A DNA stretch of 32,000 nucleotides from Dehalococcoidia bacterium (GTDB lineage Bacteria; Chloroflexota; Dehalococcoidia; Lucifugimonadales; UBA1123): assembly GCA_965248005.1 (NCBI GenBank), contig CBDFIE010000003.1, forward strand, positions 1,443,130-1,475,129, read 5' to 3'. The notes below the pieces were generated by a model. The model was not told where the DNA came from and ran no database searches. It saw only the letters and a program-made list of their open reading frames with translations. Numbering within the stretch: the first letter of the stretch is position 1; every line of letters begins with the position of its first letter. The position numbers and the translations under genes were made by a program. This document shows positions 27,136 to 32,000 of this stretch, one piece after another.

Positions 27136-27305
27136 CCCAGTACCCCCGTCAATCTCGATTCTTCAGATCCGGACTGGTCGGGGGGATCGGGAGGACTGGA
27201 CGCCCAACGGCGCACCACCGAATATTGCCCTGATCTCGGCTACCAGATTCCAGTTCCCCTGCCCGCCGCTCTGGCCGTGCTTTCGCCAACGCACAGCGGA
27301 GTCCC

Positions 27306-28145
27306 ATGACGACCCGCGCCAGCAGCGTCAGCGAGAACATCAGGCTGGTCCGGGAGCTGTCCAACGAGATGGCGGCGTTCCTGCGGACCCTCCCCGACGA
27401 CGTATGGCGGGACGCCGATCGGTTCGCCAGCGCCCGTGCGGACTGGACCGTGGCGGACGTGGTCGCCCACCTGATCGACGACGCCAACGCCTCCGCCCTT
27501 AGCGTCCGACGCGCGTTGACGGGCAACGTGTCGCCACCCCTCGGCCACAAGCTTATGTCCGCCGACCAGCGGGACGAGCAGCTGGTGGCTTTGAGAACGG
27601 CCTTCGACGAGGACCTGTTCCCCGAGTTCTACGCCTCCTGCCTCCGGCTGAACCAACTGCTGGCCGCACTGACGCCGGAGCAGTATTCGCTGCCAGTTTG
27701 GCACTCGACGGGCCCGCTCGCCATATCGGAGCTCATCGAGCTGCGCGTCGTCGAGCTGGCCGTCCATGCCTGGGACGTTGGGTACGGCATCGACCGGTCC
27801 GCGGCTATCAGCCCGACCGCTATCCCGTTCCTCAAAGGCTACCTCGGCCGATGGCTGGAGCGCGCATTTCATCGTCCGCAAGGGCTGGAGGAACCCGTCA
27901 AGTTCAGGTTCCTGCTGACAGACGCCGATGAGGGTTCTGACCTGGTGGTGACCCGAGATAGCTTCGACCTGCGCTCGTCGGACTCGGAAGCCGCCGACGT
28001 GACGTTCACATGCGACACCGGTTCCTTTCTGCTGCTAACGATGGGGCTTCTGCCGCTGCGACAGGCGGTCCGTCGAGGCCGGATAGGCCAGGAAGGAGAC
28101 CCGGAAGTGGCTGCCAGCCTCGGCGAGTTCTTCAGGCCGGCGTAG
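27306..28145 (+). CDS. DinB/MDMPI-family protein (maleylpyruvate isomerase N-terminal domain, TIGR03083-like)
   Basis: WTVADVVAHLID.., and later ELAVHAWDV, are the His-containing helices of the DinB/MDMPI_N fold. 279 aa. Confidence 0.7.
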   Translation: MTTRASSVSENIRLVRELSNEMAAFLRTLPDDVWRDADRFASARADWTVADVVAHLIDDANASALSVRRALTGNVSPPLGHKLMSADQRDEQLVALRTAFDEDLFPEFYASCLRLNQLLAALTPEQYSLPVWHSTGPLAISELIELRVVELAVHAWDVGYGIDRSAAISPTAIPFLKGYLGRWLERAFHRPQGLEEPVKFRFLLTDADEGSDLVVTRDSFDLRSSDSEAADVTFTCDTGSFLLLTMGLLPLRQAVRRGRIGQEGDPEVAASLGEFFRPA

Positions 28146-28204
28146 CCGTCCCCCGGGCGAGCCGCGCTAGCCTGCAGCCACAACCCAGTTACAAAATAGC
28201 TTTA

Positions 28205-28233
28205 TTGAAAGCGAAAAATGGTGGGAGTATAAT
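28205..28233 (+). promoter_or_regulatory. Candidate sigma70-type promoter of pdxST (TTGAAA-17 nt-TATAAT)
   Basis: TTGAAA at 28205..28210, a 17-nt spacer, and TATAAT at 28228..28233. An A+T-rich stretch lies upstream. It is 48 nt before the pdxS ATG. Confidence 0.55.
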
Positions 28234-28280
28234 TACGCGTACGAGAAACCTGTGGCACCGACACGAACGGAGGCCAACCG

Positions 28281-29192
28281 ATGGCGATTGATACAGGCAC
28301 CGAGACCGGTACAGAGACCGGCACCTGGCGGGTGAAAGCAGGCCTCGCCCAGATGCTCAAGGGCGGTGTCATTATGGACGTGGTCACCGCTGAGCACGCC
28401 AAGATCGCCGAGGACGCCGGTGCATGCGCGGTGATGGCCCTGGAGCGTGTACCAGCGGACATTCGCAAGGCTGGCGGCGTCGCCAGGATGTCCGATCCCA
28501 CGGTTATTGTCGACATCATCAACGCGGTAACTATCCCCGTGATGGCCAAGGCGCGGATCGGCCACTTCGCCGAGGCCCAGGTGCTGCAGGCGCTGGGTGT
28601 CGACTACATCGACGAGTCAGAGGTGTTGACCCCTGCCGACGAAAACAACCATATCAACAAGGACGACTTCAAAGTGCCCTTCGTTTGCGGCTGCCGCGAC
28701 CTGGGCGAGGCCCTCAGGCGCATCGGCGAGGGCGCGGCCATGATTCGCACCAAGGGCGAAGCGGGCTCCGGAAACATTGTCGAGGCGGTCAGACACGCTC
28801 GCAGCGTGATGGGCGAAATCCGGCGGATTCAGAACATGGACGAGGCGGAGCTTATGGCCACAGCCCGCGACCTCCGCGCGCCCTTCTCCCTGGTGCAGGA
28901 GGTCCACGAGCTGGGCCGGCTTCCGGTGGTCAACTTCGCCGCGGGCGGGGTGTCGACTCCCGCCGACGCGTCGCTCATGATGCAGCTTGGCGTCGATGGC
29001 ATCTTCGTCGGTTCCGGCATCTTCAAGTCCCAGAACCCCCAGCGCATGGCCGAGGCCATCGTCAAGGCGACCACCCACTACCAGGACGCGAAGATCGTTG
29101 CCGACGTGTCCAGGGGTCTGGGCGACGCCATGGCGGGTCTGGACGTCCGGAGCATGCCGGAGTCGGAGCAGCTAGCAACCCGAGGCTGGTGA
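28281..29192 (+). CDS. pdxS: Pyridoxal 5'-phosphate synthase, lyase subunit PdxS
   Basis: [77 protein letters not shown] is near-canonical PdxS. Confidence 0.97.
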   Translation: MAIDTGTETGTETGTWRVKAGLAQMLKGGVIMDVVTAEHAKIAEDAGACAVMALERVPADIRKAGGVARMSDPTVIVDIINAVTIPVMAKARIGHFAEAQVLQALGVDYIDESEVLTPADENNHINKDDFKVPFVCGCRDLGEALRRIGEGAAMIRTKGEAGSGNIVEAVRHARSVMGEIRRIQNMDEAELMATARDLRAPFSLVQEVHELGRLPVVNFAAGGVSTPADASLMMQLGVDGIFVGSGIFKSQNPQRMAEAIVKATTHYQDAKIVADVSRGLGDAMAGLDVRSMPESEQLATRGW

Positions 29193-29193
29193 T

Positions 29194-29778
29194 TTGGCGG
29201 TCATCGGCATCCTGGCGATCCAGGGTGACTACCTGGAACACCGGAAGGTGCTCGACAAGCTGGGGGCCGACGTCGTCGAGGTCCGTTTACCCCACCAGTT
29301 GGATGAGATCGACGGCCTCATAATTCCCGGCGGCGAAAGCACTACCATCGTCCAGCTCATCGACATCTACAAGATGCGGTCCAAGCTCAGGAAAAGGGTG
29401 CTGGACGACGGCATGCCCACCTGGGGCACCTGCGCCGGGATGATCGTAATGGCCGATCGCCTACGCGACCGCAGGCCCGAGCCCCTGCGCCTGATGGATA
29501 TCGACGTCAGCCGAAACGCCTTCGGACGCCAGGTCGACAGCTTCGAGTCCGACGTCGAGATCAAGGACCTCAAAGGCCCGCCTTTCCGCGGGGTGTTCAT
29601 ACGTGCCCCGGTCGTCAATCGTATTGGCGAAGAAGTAAGGGTGCTGGCAACCCTGCAGGACGGACAGGCCGTGGCCGTCGCCGAGCGCAACATGCTGGCC
29701 ACCGCGTTCCATCCCGAGCTTACGGATGACACCCGGCTGCACGAGCTATTTCTGAATATGGTCGACGGGCATGATTGA
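29194..29778 (+). CDS. pdxT: Pyridoxal 5'-phosphate synthase, glutaminase subunit PdxT
   Basis: IGILAIQGDYLEH, LIIPGGESTT, WGTCAGMI (catalytic Cys) and ATAFHPELT. The TTG start is 1 nt after the pdxS stop. Confidence 0.95.
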   Translation: MAVIGILAIQGDYLEHRKVLDKLGADVVEVRLPHQLDEIDGLIIPGGESTTIVQLIDIYKMRSKLRKRVLDDGMPTWGTCAGMIVMADRLRDRRPEPLRLMDIDVSRNAFGRQVDSFESDVEIKDLKGPPFRGVFIRAPVVNRIGEEVRVLATLQDGQAVAVAERNMLATAFHPELTDDTRLHELFLNMVDGHD

Positions 29779-30884
29779 CATCGGCCCAGCGGTTGTATGC
29801 TAATATTCAGGTGGATTGGCGCCCGGTTGGTCGTGTCACGGGAAGCGGCGCCATAGGCCAGGACCCCTTCCCGCCCAGTGCTGCCAGTCCCGGAGGCTGG
29901 CGTACGAATCAGAGAAGCAACGGCACCCGCTTAATCAGGCCTCTCGACCCGTTGGACCTGCTTCGCTCCGCGGTCTTCGGCCAGAGAGGCATGCGCAACC
30001 GCGCCTTCACCCTCGGCGGCCTGCTGAGCCGCCGGTCCATCGGACCCCCGCTCCTCGGCCTGTCCAGAAGACATCTCTCACCCCGAGCCAAGGAACACGC
30101 GTGGGTCTGGCGTAGGGGCAACCGCGTAATGGGTGTCGCGTCGGTTAGGCCGCGCGCCAGCCACCGAAGCTGGGAGGTGCCGGCTCTGCACATTGGGGCC
30201 GCCGCCGAGCCGGCCGTATCAGAGCTTCTCGAGCAGGTCGCCGCCTCCGCAGCCGCGGAGGGCGCCGAACGAGTCTTCCTTCGTCTTAGAGACGATCACG
30301 AAGTAATTCGGGCTGCTCGGGTCGGCGGCTTCTTTCCCTGCATATCCGAGACTCTCTACCAGCGCCTCTCGTCGACAACAGCGAACGGGAAGGGTGCGCT
30401 GCTCGACGGGGAGTCGCGGATGCGTCCGATGGAGCCGAGCGACGAGTACGGGCTATTCCGACTCTATAACGCGGCGACCCCCGTGCCGGTCCGAAGCCTG
30501 GTCGCCATGACATTCGAACAGTGGCAGGCGTCCCGCGAACAGTGCCCGGGGCGCCACGAACAGCGGGTGTTAGAGCGGGAGGACGCCATACGAGGGTCGT
30601 TCGACACTACGATTTCGTCGAGCGTGGGCGGCCTATCGGCGACGGTCCATCCCGACGAGGACGCGCTCCTGCCGGACATCGTGGACCAGGGCCTGCGCAG
30701 CCTGTCCACGACAAGGGCGGTCCTGTGCCTCGTGCCGGAGTACCAAGTATCCCTCGGGCGGGTACTGGAGGACCGGGGCTTCGAGCCGATCGACCAGTTC
30801 GTTACGTTGATCAAGTCGTCGACGAAGACCTCCCGGTACGCCGACAGGGTGCGCTCCGCCCTCGCATCGCCAGAGTCGCCGTGA
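29775..30884 (+). CDS. Hypothetical protein, probably tandem GNAT-like acetyltransferase fold
   Basis: LIRPLDPLDLL.. and RMRPMEPSDEYGLFRLYN.. look like two GNAT N-termini. AERVFLRLRDDHEVIRAARVGGF and LGRVLEDRGFEP look like GNAT C-terminal strands. The start is uncertain: TTG 29775 overlaps the pdxT stop, and GTG 29811 is an alternative. Confidence 0.45.
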   Translation: MTSAQRLYANIQVDWRPVGRVTGSGAIGQDPFPPSAASPGGWRTNQRSNGTRLIRPLDPLDLLRSAVFGQRGMRNRAFTLGGLLSRRSIGPPLLGLSRRHLSPRAKEHAWVWRRGNRVMGVASVRPRASHRSWEVPALHIGAAAEPAVSELLEQVAASAAAEGAERVFLRLRDDHEVIRAARVGGFFPCISETLYQRLSSTTANGKGALLDGESRMRPMEPSDEYGLFRLYNAATPVPVRSLVAMTFEQWQASREQCPGRHEQRVLEREDAIRGSFDTTISSSVGGLSATVHPDEDALLPDIVDQGLRSLSTTRAVLCLVPEYQVSLGRVLEDRGFEPIDQFVTLIKSSTKTSRYADRVRSALASPESP

Positions 30885-31066
30885 GGCCCTGGGACCGCCT
30901 ACACCGCTCTCCGTGGCGACCGTCCCACTTGCCCCGGAGCTGCCGCCCGCGGTGCGCTTCGCGGGCTCGCCGGTCGGTTGGAATTGCCGGGTTCTCCCTG
31001 GTAAGCTGTAACGACCGCGAAGGCACGCGAGAGACAGGGGGTTGATGGCGTAATTTGGACAGCACC

Positions 31067-32000
31067 ATGGATGCCGAGCTTGAGGTCCTGATAGACAAGC
31101 TCCCCGCCAGGATCCAGGAGCCGATCAGGCAGTGCCAGAATATCGACGAGCTGCTGGAGGTGGTCCTCGACCAGGGGCGTGACCCCGAGGCCCGGTTCTT
31201 GAACGAGAGCATTATCCTGGACCCCCGCGAAGTGACCCAGGAGGACATCCAGGACACTATCCAGCGCATCGGCCAGTTCGGTGGCGACAACAGAGCGGGC
31301 ATTGAGCGGACGCTGCACCGCATCTCCGCCATACGCAATCGCGGCGGCGATATTATCGGGCTGACTCTCCGCGTAGGCCGGGCCGTCTACGGTACGATCA
31401 GGGTGATCGAAGACCTGATCTTGACGGGGAAAAGCGTGCTACTGCTTGGCAAGCCTGGCGTCGGCAAGACCACTATGCTACGGGAGGTGGCGCGGGTGCT
31501 GGCCGACGGCGCCGGCAGACGGGTCATCGTGGTCGACACCTCCAACGAGATCGCCGGCGACGGCGACATTCCGCACCCGGGCATCGGGCATGGCCGCAGG
31601 ATGCAGGTGCCTTCGCCGGACCTGCAGCACGCGGTGATGATCGAGGCTGTGGAAAACCACATGCCCGAGGTCATCATAATTGACGAGATCGGCACCGAGT
31701 TGGACGCCAACGCCGCCCGCACGATCGCCGAGCGTGGGGTCCAGCTTGTCGCCACCGCCCATGGCAACACCCTGGACAACCTGATCATGAACCCGACGCT
31801 GTCGGACCTGGTCGGCGGGATCCAGTCGGTCACCCTCGGGGACATCGAGGCCCGCCGACGCCGGACCCAGAAGACGGTCCTCGAGCGCAGGGCGCCGCCC
31901 ACCTTCGACGCGCTGGTGGAGATAGTGAGCTGGAACCGGGTGGTGGTGCACGAAGACGTCTCTGAGACCGTCGACCGCATGCTCAGGGGCCTGCCTGTCT
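31067..32000 (+). CDS. R3H-associated AAA ATPase (Ycf45 / SpoIIIAA-like), 3' end off the window
   Basis: Absent from the ORF track because there is no stop in the window. From ATG 31067 it reads MDAELEVLIDKLPARIQEPIRQ..VVLDQGRDPEARF..NRAGIERTLHRISAIRNR..SVLLLGKPGVGKTTMLREVAR (Walker A)..VIIIDEIGT (Walker B)..VQLVATAHGNTLDNL. The frame stays open to position 32000. Confidence 0.8.
   Translation, partial: MDAELEVLIDKLPARIQEPIRQCQNIDELLEVVLDQGRDPEARFLNESIILDPREVTQEDIQDTIQRIGQFGGDNRAGIERTLHRISAIRNRGGDIIGLTLRVGRAVYGTIRVIEDLILTGKSVLLLGKPGVGKTTMLREVARVLADGAGRRVIVVDTSNEIAGDGDIPHPGIGHGRRMQVPSPDLQHAVMIEAVENHMPEVIIIDEIGTELDANAARTIAERGVQLVATAHGNTLDNLIMNPTLSDLVGGIQSVTLGDIEARRRRTQKTVLERRAPPTFDALVEIVSWNRVVVHEDVSETVDRMLRGLPV

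Noticed and set aside
1-32000. Looked for CRISPR arrays, IS elements or transposases, integrases, toxin-antitoxin pairs, retron or reverse-transcriptase signatures, rRNA genes, and tandem repeats longer than 30 nt
   Set aside because: None were seen on either strand. The only repeats are short REP-like hairpin elements and a 12-nt coding duplication in pdxS.

Overview
This is a high-G+C, densely coding bacterial chromosome segment, mostly core metabolism plus catabolic and transport genes. The phylum cannot be proven from the sequence. The gene mix (LLM flavin oxidoreductase, enolase-superfamily enzyme, phosphotriesterase-like hydrolase, alpha/beta hydrolase, SDR, two MFS_3-like transporters, DinB/MDMPI protein, ClpC, PdxST) fits Chloroflexota or Actinomycetota.

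Gene order:
- Partial Dpp/Opp ABC ATPase (-, missing from the ORF track because it runs off the window)
- PHP phosphoesterase (-)
- clpC (+), alpha/beta hydrolase (+), VTT/YqaA membrane protein (+)
- Phosphotriesterase-family hydrolase (-), MFS (-), histidine phosphatase (-)
- A decayed histidine kinase / NarL-type regulator / MMPL transporter locus (9.6-11.8 kb)
- Enolase-superfamily enzyme (-), MFS (+)
- Small Zn-ribbon protein (-), LicD-family protein with a C-terminal beta-sandwich (+), small hypothetical (-), PAP2 phosphatase (-)
- A 424-bp non-coding gap
- LLM oxidoreductase (+)
- A lower-G+C islet holding a thrice-broken Zn-ribbon/PD-(D/E)xK nuclease gene (-)
- tRNA-Trp (-), RNase P RNA (-), SDR (-), GH15 (-)
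- TIGR00725/LOG-like (+), eno (+), gap (+), DinB/MDMPI (+), pdxS-pdxT (+), GNAT-like protein (+)
- Partial R3H/AAA (Ycf45/SpoIIIAA-like) ATPase (+, also missing from the track)

I found no CRISPR array, intact mobile element, integrase, or recognisable multi-gene defence system, and no convincing intact novel system.

The parts worth a second look are:
1. The two-component/MMPL remnant, which has several deletions, one in-place inverted gene segment, and a still-perfect NarL-type 7-2-7 site.
2. The 424-bp gap at 17335..17757, which has nested long-range helices (candidate structured RNA).
3. The rnpB/tRNA-Trp unit, which has one shared terminator and a block of three near-perfect hairpins abutting helix P1.
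4. The degraded nuclease islet beside tRNA-Trp.
5. Candidate operators at the clpC and licD-like promoters.

Many long ORFs in the track are antisense or off-frame shadows typical of high-G+C DNA.
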